DNA of 64,000 nucleotides from the human T2T-CHM13v2.0 reference genome, Homo sapiens (GCF_009914755.1 NC_060926.1); one strand, 5' to 3'; shown: positions 30,660 to 49,934, counted from the first letter of the stretch. Numbers and translations are program-made. The notes: generated by a model not told the origin, from the letters alone.

Positions 30660-32009
30660 ATCTAGGTGTCATCTCTCCTTCTATTGTCTGGAAAGACGAT
30701 TTGCAAGACCCTAGTTTGGAAGTAATAACACAAGAAGCAGATATGGTTTCGTTCTCTTTGTGTTACTGCTAACCCTCATCTGGAGACGTTTGGATGCCTA
30801 TGTCTAAAAGAAGAAGGCCAGGTAGTGTGGGAGATGGCAAAAAAGGAAAGCTCCAAGATTACTATTTCAAAGTTTTATCTCATCACATATGTGTCATTTG
30901 GATGTCAATCTGGAAGTGACTTATTCAGCCATCAGGAGCTAGGATTTAGCAAAATGACCCCCATCATCAGAATATGAGCAGGACCAAGAGAAAACCAGGT
31001 GGATACTCAGCCCTCAAATGGGAGGGAAACAGGATCACTCAGCCCTCAGATTGGAGGGAACTAGGATTAAAAAGAGAAATGGCACAGAAAAGGGAAAGAA
31101 AAGTCATTTTCTGTTAATTAAAAACAAACTCCTGATATAGTAGCAAAACTGGCTCCCGATGTAGTAGTGAAAACAGAGCCTTCTCAGCAAAAGGAAGGAA
31201 GTTATAGATTTAAAGTTACCTGTAAAAAATAGGTTAGAAAAGAGGTCCTTCTTATGTCAAAAGCAACTGATATGGTTTGGCTACGTCCCCACCCTAATCT
31301 CATCTTGAATTGTAGCTTCCTTAATCCCCACGTGTCATGGGAGGGTTCTAGCAGGAGCCAATTTAATCATGGAGGCAGGCTTTTCCCATGCTGTTCTCTT
31401 GATAGTGAATAAGTATCATGAGATCTGAGGGTTTTATAAAGGGGAGTTCATCTGCATATGCTCTCTTGCTTGCCACCGTGTAAGATGTGACTTTGTTCCT
31501 CATTCACCTTCCACCATGATTGTGAGGCCTCCCCAGCCATGTGGAACTGTGAGTCCATTAACCCTCCTTCCTTTATAAATTACCCAGCCTCGGGTAAGTC
31601 CTTATAGCAGCATGGGAATGGATTAATATAGTGACATCCTCCTAGATCAAGCAGGCCCAGGACAAGATAAGCATGGAATACCCGGAAGAGGGGATGCAGG
31701 CCAGGCACCCACAGGAAACCAGAAACTTCCTCTCAGGGACAAATATATTCCTTCAACAGACATCCAGTAAATGCTCATGATGTGGCAGGTTCTGTGCTGA
31801 GGACACAGTGGGAATCAAATTAGCCATAGACTTTCTGAGGAGTAGTTCCTTTCAGGAGCCTTACCTTTGTAAAGGTTTCCAGCAAAATCCAGCTGGAATT
31901 ATAAAGTATTAACAGGATCAGATTCTAAACTGATCCCATTCAAGAGCATAACTCAGTCATTCTGTCATTTTTATAAAGTTCTGAGTTAAAGAACTCCTTT
32001 AAGTGAAGA

Positions 32010-32010
<1 letters not shown>
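30660..32010 (-). pseudogene. Three RME-8-like pseudo-exons (31865-32010; 31130-31219; 30660-30803)
   Basis: Donor aag/gtaagg at 31864; acceptors ctaacctattttttacag and ccttcttcttttag; V*NLILLILYN..FAGNLYK vs VEKVAILLYH..LPRLYL; FHYYIGSQF vs IMMYTGSNV; CFLCYYFQ vs SILGHILP. Confidence 0.55.
31268..31630 (+). mobile_element. THE1 (THE1C-like) solo LTR
   Basis: tgatatggtttggct...attaatata; TSD gcaac/gtgac, consistent with CpG decay of gcgac. Confidence 0.92.
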
Positions 32011-33970
<1,960 letters not shown>

Positions 33971-34002
33971 ATCTCCAGATGTTATGATATGGGTCAGGTA
34001 GA

Positions 34003-34398
34003 CCCCTAGACAAGAGCAGGTAAGATTCTAGCCACCAGGAGGATCAGGCAGGTCAAACCGTGCTTGATGGCTAGGGTATTTCTCCCTACACACACTGCAT
34101 GTTTAACACAATGAACCTTCCACATAGCCACCTCCCACTTCCCCATACCAGTCACTACAGCTGCTTCATTTCTTCCTAGGAGCCTGGAGAGACAATTCAC
34201 TTCTCTGATTCACCCAAGGTGATCGCCTGGTCTGACTGAATCATTTACCTGCTGGAGAATTCTTCACTGGCTCCCTGATGACAACTCTCCACCTCTCCTC
34301 CCAGGCAGCAAGGAGACGCCAGTGCTGGAAGGGCAGGTCCAGGGAGACAGTGAATTTGCAAAGAGCACAGTATGCCCATAGGCTTTTGTGGATAAAAA
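34003..34398 (-). pseudogene. Two RME-8-like pseudo-exons (34249-34398; 34003-34085)
   Basis: Acceptor gttcttttag, donor cag/gtaaat; LSTKAYGHTVLFANSLSPW vs LAIVYGRCHEEIGPF; IKHGLTCLILLV vs DSNGIRILVDLL. Confidence 0.6.
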
Positions 34399-35461
34399 CT
34401 AAAAGAACCATTCAACGGTGACGAAAATAAAAACCCAGGCAGAGTAAGCAATGAGGAGTCCATGTGAAGAATAATTCAGGCATAAAGCAACAGGCGTAAA
34501 ATCCCAAGGGGAACCTGGAGTGCCAGGAGTGGGAGATAGAATTGAAGGTCATTCCCGAGGTCATTGAACCTGGCCACAGGCATCGTTATCAAAGTGCCCA
34601 CAGTCTGGGCTGGGAAGCAAGTGAAAATGTTTTAGTAAAGAGAGTTAAGCTGAATCAAACACAGCCAGAATAAAGTCCAGCTTCGTAAGTCTAACATTCA
34701 AAGTTCCCAAAATTTGACCTTAATAGTCACTCCCAGCATCACTTCCAACTATGAATGCCCCAGGTACACATATCCACATATCCACACCACCCCCAAAATG
34801 AACCATTACTTAGCTTCACCACCCAAACATGCCTCACACTTTGCCCTGTCTCAGTTACTCAGTCACCATTTACTGAGTGTGTTTGGCCAAAATGATGACC
34901 TAGTGCACACTAGGCCCCACGCCAGGTGCCTGACAGGCATTCTTGCAGAAGATTAAGTAGTACCATCCCCATTTTTCATGAGGGAAATTACAGACAGTAG
35001 AAATCATATGCCCCTAGTCACAGAGCCCAGAAGAGCAAGAGCCGGGTCTGGAATCCAAGTCCTTCTAACTAACAAAACATTGTTCTGCCTCTCCAGCCCC
35101 CAGTTGCATCCCAGGGTTGTCTCAGGACTGGGTGGGGTCCTGTGAGAGAAGTGAGCACAGTGATGTCTTCCAAGAGCTCTGCGGACCAGGAGCAAAGGTC
35201 CACCAGCTGCCCAGAGGAACAGGCAGTCCAGGCGAGGGAGAGGTGCTCAGTGATAAGTGTTGGGACCATAGGCTGCTGGGTGAGCTTGGAAGCATCTCAA
35301 GGGCAGCTGGAAGTTGGGGAGCAAAGTCAACTGTACCACAATATTTGATTTTTGTATCAAAATTCCTATCCTTATAGTTCAGGAACCAGGAAGCAACTAC
35401 TGGCAACCATCTCAGTGAGCTAAGCACATGTGTGTCACTGGAATAAGAAACATGTGCAGGT

Positions 35462-36038
35462 AGGCTGAGCACAGTGGCTCAGGCCTGTAATCCCAGCACT
35501 TTGGGAGACTGAGGTGGGCAAATCACTTGAGGTCAGCCTGGCCAACATGGTGAAACCCCGTTTCTACTAAAAATACAAAAATTTGCTGGGTATGGTGGTA
35601 GGCACCTGTAAGCCTAGCTACTCAGGAGGCTGAGGCAAAAGAATCGCTTGAACCCAGGAGGCAGAGGTTGCCATGAGTCAAGATGATGGCGCTGCACTCT
35701 AGCAGGTAAAGGCCTTCACAGTACTCATAAAACTAAAAAAAAAAATTTTTTTTTTTTGAGACAGGGTCTCACTCTATAGCCTAGGCTGCAGTGCAGTGAT
35801 GTGATCACAGCTCATTGCAGCATTGACTTCCCAGGCTCAAGTGATCCTCCCATCTCAGCCTCCTGAGTAGGTGGGACCACACGTGTATGCCATCATACCC
35901 AGCTATTTTGATTTTTTTGTAGAGGCAGGGGTCTGGCTATGTTGCCTAGGCTGGCCTTGAACTCCTGAGCTCAAGCCATCCTCCCCCCTTGGCCTCCCAA
36001 AGTGCTAAGATTACAGGCCTGAGCCACTGCACATGGCC
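35462..36038. mobile_element. Tail-to-tail Alu pair: AluS (+, 35462-35703, internally deleted, tail-less) and AluJ (-, 35746-36038)
   Basis: Direct. Confidence 0.92.
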
Positions 36039-36039
36039 T

Positions 36040-36200
36040 AGAAACATTTCTTAAAAAGAATGTGACCATGAAAATTGCCCAAGTTTGCACAGTATTTGGT
36101 GAGGCCCCAGTGTCAATTCTCATTCATCCAAGGACTTTGTAATCATATTGATAACAGCTTGATAATCCCCATGGGACCAATACAAAGTTCAACTTACAGT
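36040..36200 (-). pseudogene. RME-8-like pseudo-exon, interrupted by Alu
   Basis: Acceptor agttttcag; L*VELCIGPMGIIKLL vs LAEEIKIGDYYLRLL. Confidence 0.65.
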
Positions 36201-36449
36201 CTGAAAACTATTCTCACATCTCTTCTCTCACCTATACTCCCACATCAACTCTGTGGTATATGAAAGGAGCCAGTGTCAGACCATGCCACAGATGCAGAGC
36301 AGGCCCAGAGAGTGGAATACCTTCCCCAAGGTGACACCACCAGCTTATTTCCCCAGCCTTTTACCAAGTACCTATGAATTATGGTAGACACTTTCCATAC
36401 ATCATTTGATTAAATCCTCACAACATCCTGGGAAATAGAAATTACCCTA

Positions 36450-39650
<3,201 letters not shown>

Positions 39651-39665
39651 AAATAATTCATGTAA

Positions 39666-39966
39666 GGTCGGGTGCGTTGGCTCACGCCTGTAATCCCAGC
39701 ACTTTGGGAGGCCGAGGCAGGTGGATCACCTAAGGCTGGGAGTTCGAGACCAGCCTGACCAACATGGAGAAACCTCACCTCTACTAAAAATACAAAATTA
39801 GCTAGGCATGGTGGCACATGCCTATAATCCCAGCTACTCAGGAGACTGAGGCAGGAGAATCACTTGAACCCAGGAAGCAGAGGTTGCGGTGAGCCAAGAT
39901 CGCACTATTGTACTCCAGATTGGGCAACCAGGGCAAAACTCTATCTCAAAAAAAATAAAAATAAAA
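39666..39966 (+). mobile_element. AluSp
   Basis: gaccaacatggagaaacc diagnostic. Confidence 0.93.
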
Positions 39967-40179
39967 ATGCATGTAAAATTCTAGAACACTCCAGCAAGTT
40001 AAAAAAATAAAAGTCTGGACAAGATGAGAGAAGACTGGCAAAATATGTTGTTGAAGCTAGGTTATAGGTGTGTTGAAGTTATATAAAGAAACCTGCAAAG
40101 TTCTGGACTAAGACTCAGAGTAAGCACATGTGTTTAAATCCTCTTCACCTCAAGACCTCATGAAATTAACAGAGGATAC

Positions 40180-40248
40180 AGTTTAAAGCTATATTCACAA
40201 CATAGCTTGCCGTTTAAAATTACAACCGTAACAACGAACAGAATCAAC
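40180..40248 (-). pseudogene. Possible RME-8-like pseudo-exon
   Basis: Acceptor catctctgtag; CNFK..YVV/EYSF vs WNHHEFEVKYEC; weak, abuts L1-like sequence. Confidence 0.3.
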
Positions 40249-40825
40249 CTACAGAGATGGTTCAAAAACTTATAGTGCAGCCACATGAAATAAAATTATG
40301 TGGCCAGAGCCCAGGCTCCAAGCTCCAAGCTCCACAGTCTTTCAAAGGGATTTGTTACATTTGGGGGACGAGGGTGTGGGAAAGCATTTCCATTCCATCC
40401 CTCTCCACTTGCAAATGGCGGCTGGGTAAGGTAATGGGCAGGTCCTACCTGTCCTAGGATAAGAGCAAGGTCTCTTTCCCCAGGTTTTAGTTGACTGAAC
40501 TCAGAGGGCAGAGAAAGTGTTCACACCCTGGAAGAGGAGTCATGTGTCAAAATTGAAACAGATCACTATTTTTAACACCAAAATGCTCGAAACAATCCCT
40601 ATATCCATCAATAGGGAGCCAGTTGAATAAACTGTGGTATATCCACATAGCAGAGTATTACACAGCTGCAAAATAAGAACTATCTCTATAACTTAAAATA
40701 GACACATCTCTGAAATATATTATTAAGTGAAAAAGCAAAATGGAGGGAATCATGTGACACTATTATTTATTGAAGAATAGGGTAGATTGACTATATATAC
40801 CAATTTGCTTATATGTAGTTTTCTA

Positions 40826-41176
<351 letters not shown>

Positions 41177-41179
41177 AAA

Positions 41180-43480
41180 TAACGAAAAACTAATGAAAAG
41201 TTTAACCTATAGGGGAAGGAGAAAGCATGGAGAAGACACAGAAAGCAGACATCTCTGAATATATACCATGTTTAGTATATTCTATTTTGGAACCCTGTAA
41301 TTATTTTACATAAATAAATTAAACTAAATTAAACGTAGCTTAAAATTTTTTAAAGCAATCTCAAAATTGGAATAAAAATGAAACAAGTGGATCTAATTGC
41401 TGGTGGCAAAACCCCACAGAGAGGAATTCTTTCCAGGGATTTCAAACCACAGTAATTTGATTGCATATCCCCAGTGGGAGATCCCTTGAGAACAAAAGGA
41501 AACTGCAAGCAATCTTAGCTTCTTTTCAGTAATTGTACATTTGTGGTAATTGTTGGCATTGTTTTTGGAGACTGCAAATAAATAATTTGAGTGAAGTTAA
41601 TAGAAGTCAAGGTTTTTGGCATCAGTGAAAAAAGATACGTAAGTGTAAGATCAATGAAATTAAATAGAAGGCCCTATAGTCTTACATTTAAAGCAGAACT
41701 ATCAGTTTGAACTCATGATGTGTTTTAGAACAAGAGGAGGAGAAGGAAGAGGAAGAAGAAGAATGAGATGAAGAAGAAAAAGAAGAAGAAACCCATATAT
41801 CCTAGTTCTGTCTACCAAAAAGGCTTAGAAACTATGAAACAATAAACACATGGACACAGGAAGGGGAACATCACACTCTGGGGACTGTTGTGGGGTTGGG
41901 GGAGGGGGGAGGGATAGCATTAGGAGATATACCTAATGCTAAATGACGAGTTAATGGGTGCAGCACACCAACATGGCACATGTATACATATGTAACAACC
42001 CTGCACATTGTGCACATGTACCCTAAAACTTAAAGTATAATAATAATAAAATTAAAAAAAAAAAAGAAACTATGAAACAATAGGTGGGAGAATTGCTTGA
42101 GCCCAAGCTCAATAGCAATGGGTATCCTTGTGGTCTAGATTACGGTCATGAAACATCATTTATCTCTAAAAGAAACTAAGGTTCTCAAAGGAGCCCATTT
42201 CTTCAAAAAAAAAAAAAAATTCTGTCCACTTTGAGGACAGAAAGTGCACAAGGGAGAAATCATATAGAAAATGTATTATTTGAAACATACCCCAAATTAA
42301 GGAAGCTATTAATGAGATCATTTTTGAAGTACTTAGGAAATAACCTGAAGAGGTTCCGTGGCCAAGGATGGGATAGCTTGAACATCAAAAGAACAATAAA
42401 ACCAGATTTAATGAAAACACACCAAATGCACTTAAATCCACAAGTTCACAATGATTCTAAATAAATTAAAAAGCACAGAAACAAAAATAATGGATTACTT
42501 TGGAGGAATCGAATTAACATACACACTGTTTTGAACACTGGCAGATGCAGAGTTAAAAGACAACATTTAACCTGCCTTTCCCATGCATCCTGGGGTAACC
42601 AAGTAGCTGATGATGAGATGTTTCTCTCTATAGAAATATTCCGGTTAATAAATAAAGAAGGACTAATAGAACATAACCATTTTGCGACCCTTGATGAAAT
42701 AAAAGATCTAGGTAACGACCATCAAAAATTGCAAAAAGGAGAGAAAATCAGGTATTATGTACATCCAAATGGAAGTATACATTCCTAAGTATGAAGTATG
42801 CTTGTGATAGGTAAGTAGATAATAGGTAGATGATGGATGGATAAATAGATGGATGGATGGATGGATGGATGGATGGGTGGGTGGATGGATGGAAAGTTGG
42901 AATTAACCTGAATCTGACCAAGTCTCTAGACTTAACAATCATTGTCCAGAAAGTAGAGATGGACAAACAGATTAGAGGACATTATATGGATGCAATCAGC
43001 ATGATTTGGTTTGGAAAGCTCCACAGGAGACATACGCTGGTGTCTTCAACAAAAAAGAAGAAATTTTTTTAAAAATTAAAAGAAGAAAAGGAAGGGGATT
43101 TGATAGATTAAAAGACTGAAAAGATATGTCAAACAATTGCAATGATGGTTCTTATTTGGGTCTTGATTCATTTAAACAAATTATAATTTTTTAAAAAAGA
43201 AATCTTTATGGGCCAATGAAAATTGAAAATTGATTAGATATTTTATAATCTAAGGGATTACTGTTAAATTTATGATATGATAATGATATTGTGGGGTTTT
43301 TTGTTTTATTTTTTAAAGAGTTATTTTCTTCTAGAGAGGAATATGGAAATATTTATTGATAAAATAAATTCTACATGGAAAACATTTGACACAAAAGGAA
43401 AACTAAATACATTGGGAAAAATACAAAAAGCTCATATCTACAATGTTTTTGGGATTTCTTCAAATTGACTTAAAAAAGAG
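41180..43480 (+). mobile_element. L1MC4-like 3' region with a GAA-rich tract (about 41733-41790) and (GGAT)n (42830-42892)
   Basis: Recalled L1MC 3' UTR motifs. Confidence 0.65.
41845..42064 (+). mobile_element. Young 220-bp L1PA3-like 3' end
   Basis: taggagatatacctaatgctaaatgacgag; perfect 18-bp TSD agaaactatgaaacaata (41827-41844, 42065-42082). Confidence 0.95.
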
Positions 43481-43492
43481 CAATAACCCAGC

Positions 43493-43913
<421 letters not shown>

Positions 43914-44265
43914 TCAATTCCATTCATAAGATGAGATATACACATTTGGTTTATAAAAAGATAGTGGTCTTCACCTAAAAAAAAATAGCAAAAGTTAAAA
44001 GTCTCAGTATATACTATATTTGTTGAAGCTGCTTCAGGGAAAGAATCCAGCCTTGATGGTAGAAGTATAAATTGATACCACCTCTTCATTTGTAATACAG
44101 CTATTAAAGTAAGTGCCTATACCCTTTGAACAATCCAATTTTTAGAAATTCATCCTACAGGACAAAGATATAAGTACCGGGATCTTCATTTATGGTATAA
44201 TTAATGACAAAAGACTAAAAATGACCTTATCTTCAGGAAGAGAGGACAGCTTGAATAAATTACGT

Positions 44266-44590
44266 GACCAGGTGTGGTGGCTTATTCCTGTAGTTCCAGG
44301 ACTTTGGGAGGCCGAGGCAGGCAGATCACATGAGGTCAGGATTTTGAGACCAGCCTGGCCAACGTAGCAAAACCCTGTCTTTACCAAAAATACAAAAAAA
44401 AAAAAAAAAAATGGCTGGACATGGTGGTATGTGCCTGTAGTCCCAGCTACTGGGGAGGCTAAGGCAGGAGAAGAGAATGACTTGAATCTGGAAGGCAGAG
44501 GTTGCAGTGAGCTAAGATCGTGCCACTGCATTCCAGCCTGGGTGACAGAGCGAGACTCTGTCTCAAAAATGATGATAATAATAATAAATA
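44266..44590 (+). mobile_element. AluS
   Basis: Dimeric Alu. Confidence 0.93.
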
Positions 44591-44733
44591 AATTATGTAA
44601 TGCACATAGGTTGACTACAATTATGCACTGAAAATGTGGGTCTGTAAGTTCTAGTATGATGCTATCGCCAGCAATCACAGAGTAGAACAGTGTGTAGTGT
44701 GCCAATAAAGGCAGTATGTCCATATGCATACAT

Positions 44734-45380
44734 CAGGGCTTGGCAAACTTTGCCTGTAAAAGACTAGATATGGTAGACTTTGTGTGTCATCCAATCTCTG
44801 TCACAGTTGGACATGAGTGGAAATGATATGGGTCATTCCTGGGCCAATGGAGTTAAGAGGCAGGTGCCCCATCTTACTCTCATTCTCTTTCCACTGGCTT
44901 GATGCCCATGTGTAGATGAAGGGACATGATTAAAGATGCAGAGCCACAAGACAGAAAGAGCCTGCATCTTGAATTAGAGCTTGGAGGGGAGTCATGAGGA
45001 ATATCCATTTTGTGCTTTACATGGGCATATCCATTTTGGACTTTGCATGAATGAGAAAGAGAAAAAAAATCAAGCCAGGCACAATGGTTCACACCTGTAA
45101 TCCCAGTGCTTTGGGCGGCTGAGGCAGGAGGATTGCTTGAGGCCAGGAGTACGAGACCACCTTGGGCAACATAGCAAGACCCTGTCTCTACAAAATATAA
45201 AAAAATTAGCTGGGTGTGGTTGTGCACACCTATAGTCCTAGTCGCCCTGGAGGCTGAGGCAGGAAGATAGTTTGATCTTAGGAGCTCTAGCCTGGGTGAC
45301 AGAGCAAGACCCTGTCTCTAAAAGAAAAATCACACTTTATTTGAGCCACTATACTTTTTTGGTTTATTTGTTAATAACCA
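44734..45380 (+). mobile_element. MER58 fragment, MLT1J-like LTR and AluJ (45073-45328)
   Basis: cagggcttggcaaacttt.cctgtaaa; gcagagccacaagacagaaagagcctg. Confidence 0.6.
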
Positions 45381-45456
45381 AATTATGACCCAATCAATAG
45401 TAGTTGGCTTTACCCAATGTAGTACACACATAGCTTTTAATAGACATATTCATAAC

Positions 45457-45570
45457 CTTGACCCTAAAAGAAGAGAGTGAGCTTTTTCTGGTGAGTTCCT
45501 TTATCAACCAAAATCAGATGATGTGCCCAGGATGTGGTGATTCAAGATCAACCTTTTCTTCCACCTGCTT
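45457..45570 (-). pseudogene. RME-8-like pseudo-exon (first IWN-type repeat)
   Basis: DLESPHPGHII*FWLIKEL vs DHARSNLIWNFKTREEL. Confidence 0.45.
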
Positions 45571-45764
45571 ATTAACTCTCCAGCTAACATGGGAGGCCGG
45601 CGGGGCACCTATTATTGTTCCCGTTCAGCAGTGCAAAACTGAAGCTCAAATAGGTGAAACGACTTGTCCTCACTCCTCTTGCTTGACCAGAGACAATATA
45701 GTGTCCACTAGGATATTTTAGGATGCTTATCTTTGAGAGTGGTGGGGACAGAGTTGGCCTAATC

Positions 45765-46028
45765 TAGAAGCCTCCATCATCAGTGAGCACGTGCTGGAGA
45801 CCACGCCTGTTGAGAAAGTGAGGCTGGCTCTCTGGAGGAAACTTCATCAGGATTTGACTTGAGGATTGACCTAAAATGGCTGCAGTATCAACAGGCACAG
45901 AAACCACTTGGGAGACAGCAGGGTGTCTGGGGGAAGAAATCACAGAAACCTCTCAGAGCGAAGCGTCTGTTTTCATACCAGCTGCAAAGTGCAAAATGAT
46001 ATTAAATTGTCAGCATCTTTCCCCTGGT
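45765..46028 (-). pseudogene. Two RME-8-like pseudo-exons (45979-46028; 45765-45870)
   Basis: Acceptors cacattctttag and gccattttag, donor gtatga; ADNLISFCT vs SRHLVGLWT; QILMKFPPESQPHFLN vs NLLKRILPPGLLAYLE. Confidence 0.65.
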
Positions 46029-46485
46029 CTAAAGAATGTGAAATCCTATCCCAATCTGTCTGTCGTCAGATCTGCTGTGGGGCTAGGGGCCAGAACACAG
46101 AATGTTACGTGCCTAGAGCACCACCATTTCTCAGCTCTGGGGGCCGGGGCGAGGCTTCCTTGCGGTGCTCTGAATCTCAGTTTTCTCATGTGTAAAGTGG
46201 AGAGACTTCAGAGCTGGGAGGTTTGTGATGAGGATTAAAAATATGATGTGTCAAAAAAGCTCTGTAAGCTGTGAAAGTCTCAACTAATGTTATCTCATTA
46301 AGTGAGATAATAGATGTAAAATATCCACCTGTTATGTAAGTAGGCGGTCAACCTAAAATAGCTTTCACTTGCTGTCTGCATTATACCTACTGTGATGATT
46401 ACTTTTACCAAGCCCACCCCATGATGGGAAATCTTAGAGGGTATTAGTGTCCCTTTTCATCCTATGTTATTATTTATTACATCTT

Positions 46486-47368
<883 letters not shown>

Positions 47369-47389
47369 ACTCCCCCACTGAGCCACAGA

Positions 47390-47496
47390 CTTCTTGAGGA
47401 GAGAGACTATTTTTTTCCTCCTTAGCAAGCTGAGCCCAGGAGCCCTCAGGGTCTGGGTCGTGACCAGTCCTTCCTTAAGGACATCCACCTCCCTTT
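47390..47496 (-). pseudogene. RME-8-like pseudo-exon
   Basis: DVLKEGLVTTQTLRA (in ORF 47294..47503) vs LALSEGALPRHLHTA. Confidence 0.55.
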
Positions 47497-47929
47497 CTGT
47501 CATGTTAGAGTGCCTCTATGCTCTGGGAGGCCTGGACTTCTGAGATGCGCAATGTTTGTAATTCATTGATTCTGTCAACAAATATTTATTGAATATTGGG
47601 GGCAAAATGCTAGGACCGAGATAAGAACAAGCCAGACGGGGTGACTGCCCCCGGGGGCTTACAGTCTAGGTGGAGGTGTGGGGGGGAGATTACAAAATGA
47701 ATCCAAATTGTGATGCTTACTGTTACAGGAGGAGCACAGGGGCCCTATTTGGGTAGAGTGGCTGGCAAAGGCCTCTTCGAGAGAGCGACACTGACTCAGA
47801 ACGATGAGCGAGCCTCAGGCAGGGTGGGGACAGGCGTGAAGAACACTCCAGGTGGATGGGACAATGACCGCAAAGGCTGTGAGCAGAAGGAACTTGGGAT
47901 GTTTGGGGAAAATGAAAGAAGGCAAGTGT

Positions 47930-48241
47930 GGGCCGGGCGAAATGGAACACGCCCGTAATCCCAGCATTTTGGGAGGCTGAGGTGGGTGGATCACCTGAGG
48001 TCAGGAGTTTGAGACCAGCCAGGCTAACGTGGTGAAACCCTGTTTCTATTTAAAAAATACAAAAAATTTGCTGGGCATGGTGGTGGGCACCTGTAATCCC
48101 AGCTACTCAGGAGGCTGAGGCAGGAGAATCGCTTGAACCTGGGAGGTGGAAGTTGCAGTGAGCCCAGAATACGCCACTGCACTCCAGGCTGGATGACAGA
48201 GTGAGACTCTGTCTCAAAAAAAAAAAAAAAAAAAGAAAAAA
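47930..48241 (+). mobile_element. AluS inside L2
   Basis: TSD aaggcaagtgtggg. Confidence 0.93.
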
Positions 48242-48492
48242 GGCAAGTGTGGGAGCCTGGTAGGCCAAGGCAGGCTGGAAGCCAGAGATGTGAGAGGGGT
48301 GGGCTGTGGCCTGGTAGGCCTCGGAGAATTGCTTGAATTTTCCTCTAAAGGCAGTGGGGAGCCATAGGAGGCTTTCCAGCACATTTGTTTCACTTTGTGA
48401 GTTGCCAAATAGCTCCTTGGTCTCACTTTCCAGCACTGGCTGTGCCCAAGCAGAGTGGTGACGGGGCCCCCTGTCAACATTTGTGTTCCCAC

Positions 48493-48562
48493 AGGTCCTT
48501 GGTGGGAATGAGGAAATGCTGAGTTTGGTCTCTACAGAGGACACATAGAAGGCAGCCTTCAC
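48493..48562 (-). pseudogene. RME-8-like pseudo-exon
   Basis: Acceptor tctgtttcacag; VKAAFYV vs IKGAGLV. Confidence 0.45.
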
Positions 48563-48676
48563 CTGTGAAACAGACGCACAGGGTAGGCTGGGTTGCCAGG
48601 ACAGGCAGCATTGGATCTGAGTTACTGGGGAGTGGCCAGTCTGTGGCACATTCTCTCTCTCTTTCTCCCTCTCAAT

Positions 48677-48678
<2 letters not shown>

Positions 48679-48722
<44 letters not shown>
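48679..48722. repeat. (CA)n microsatellite
   Basis: Direct. Confidence 0.95.
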
Positions 48723-48723
<1 letters not shown>

Positions 48724-48841
48724 CCAAAAGTAGCTAAACAAGAGAAAAGGAGCCTCTGAACAAAGCTGTGGCCTCCGAGTGCCATATCCTTTCTCGCTTA
48801 AAAAGCCCCTGGCCCCTCACTGAGAGCTTGCCTGCTCTTAC

Positions 48842-48963
48842 TTTGTGCCAAGCTCTGGCAACCCTGGTTCTCTGCAGTGAGACGCCTGAGGGTTCCCCAC
48901 ACAGGGCTGTACCTGCCTCTCCAGGAGCGGTTCATGCTCTCGGGTTACTTATACTCAGTGTCC
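48842..48963 (-). pseudogene. RME-8-like pseudo-exon
   Basis: Acceptor tttcttaatccag, donor gtaaga; LLERQVQPCVG/TLRRL vs LLEMVASNGRTLFKL. Confidence 0.55.
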
Positions 48964-49214
48964 CTGGATTAAGAAAGTAGGACATCTGTAGCACGTTTTA
49001 TAATTGTTTCTATTCAAAATGGATAAGAGAAAATGTTGGTGTTTAAAGCAGCAATAATAAAGACGATGATAACAACCCGTGTTTGTATTTCTTGGTGCGT
49101 GCTGTTTGCAGGCACTGTATTCATCTATGACATCCCTGCCACAGGCCCCCGAGCTCTCCAGCTGGGGCAGCTCTCTGATGGAATGCCCCTCTCCTTTAGC
49201 ACCCTATCTGCAGG

Positions 49215-49247
<33 letters not shown>

Positions 49248-49630
49248 GCAGCTTCCCAGGAGTGTTCTCATGGATGCACACAGACGCTCCTTCTTACCCT
49301 TTCTGAACCCCCCCAAATACAATCCACGTTCTGTGGGAGCAGGAGCTAGGGAGCAGCTGCCCATGGCCCTTTCCCTGCAGGGGCTATGGATGTCAGGAGT
49401 GTGATAGCCTCAGAGCCATCCCTGGCATCTGCTTCACTCCAAGGGATGGTGGCCGGGCTGGTAGGAGTGGGGCTTGGGTGCTGCCCCTCGCATACTGTGT
49501 GGCAGTCTGTCGGCTCATCTTCAGAGTGTGGTCCCCATCCCAGCTGTTGCTGCCTGAATTGTGTTTTCCCACGCCCAGGCCTGCCCAAGCTGTCACCAGC
49601 TGTGACCAGCTGTCAACCAGTTGTTAGTAC

Positions 49631-49736
49631 TCTGCTTCCCTCCCTGCCACGTGACAGCACTCATCGTCAGCTAGACCCCAGAGGAGTTTTCCGACAGGCA
49701 GACTGATGGGCAGATGGCACTCAGTGCCTGAGCACC
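49631..49736 (-). pseudogene. RME-8-like pseudo-exon
   Basis: Acceptor cctgactgcag; GAQALSAIC vs GALVISSLL. Confidence 0.45.
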
Positions 49737-49934
49737 CTGCAGTCAGGGGGACACCCATGGCGAGACAGCCGTGGAGGTGAGCCAGAGAGACAAACACCCA
49801 GAGAGACAGGGATGGAGGCGGGATCACAGAAAAAGAGATCAACCAGAGAGGAGCAGAGCGGCATATGGAGACGGAGAGAAAGCGTGCATGCGTACACACA
49901 CACGTACACACACACGAGAGAGAGAGAGAGAGAC

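Noticed and set aside
49706-49722. CTCF-like motif GGGCAGATGGCAC
   Set aside because: The 5' half deviates from the CCASYAGRKGGC core; not supportable from sequence alone.
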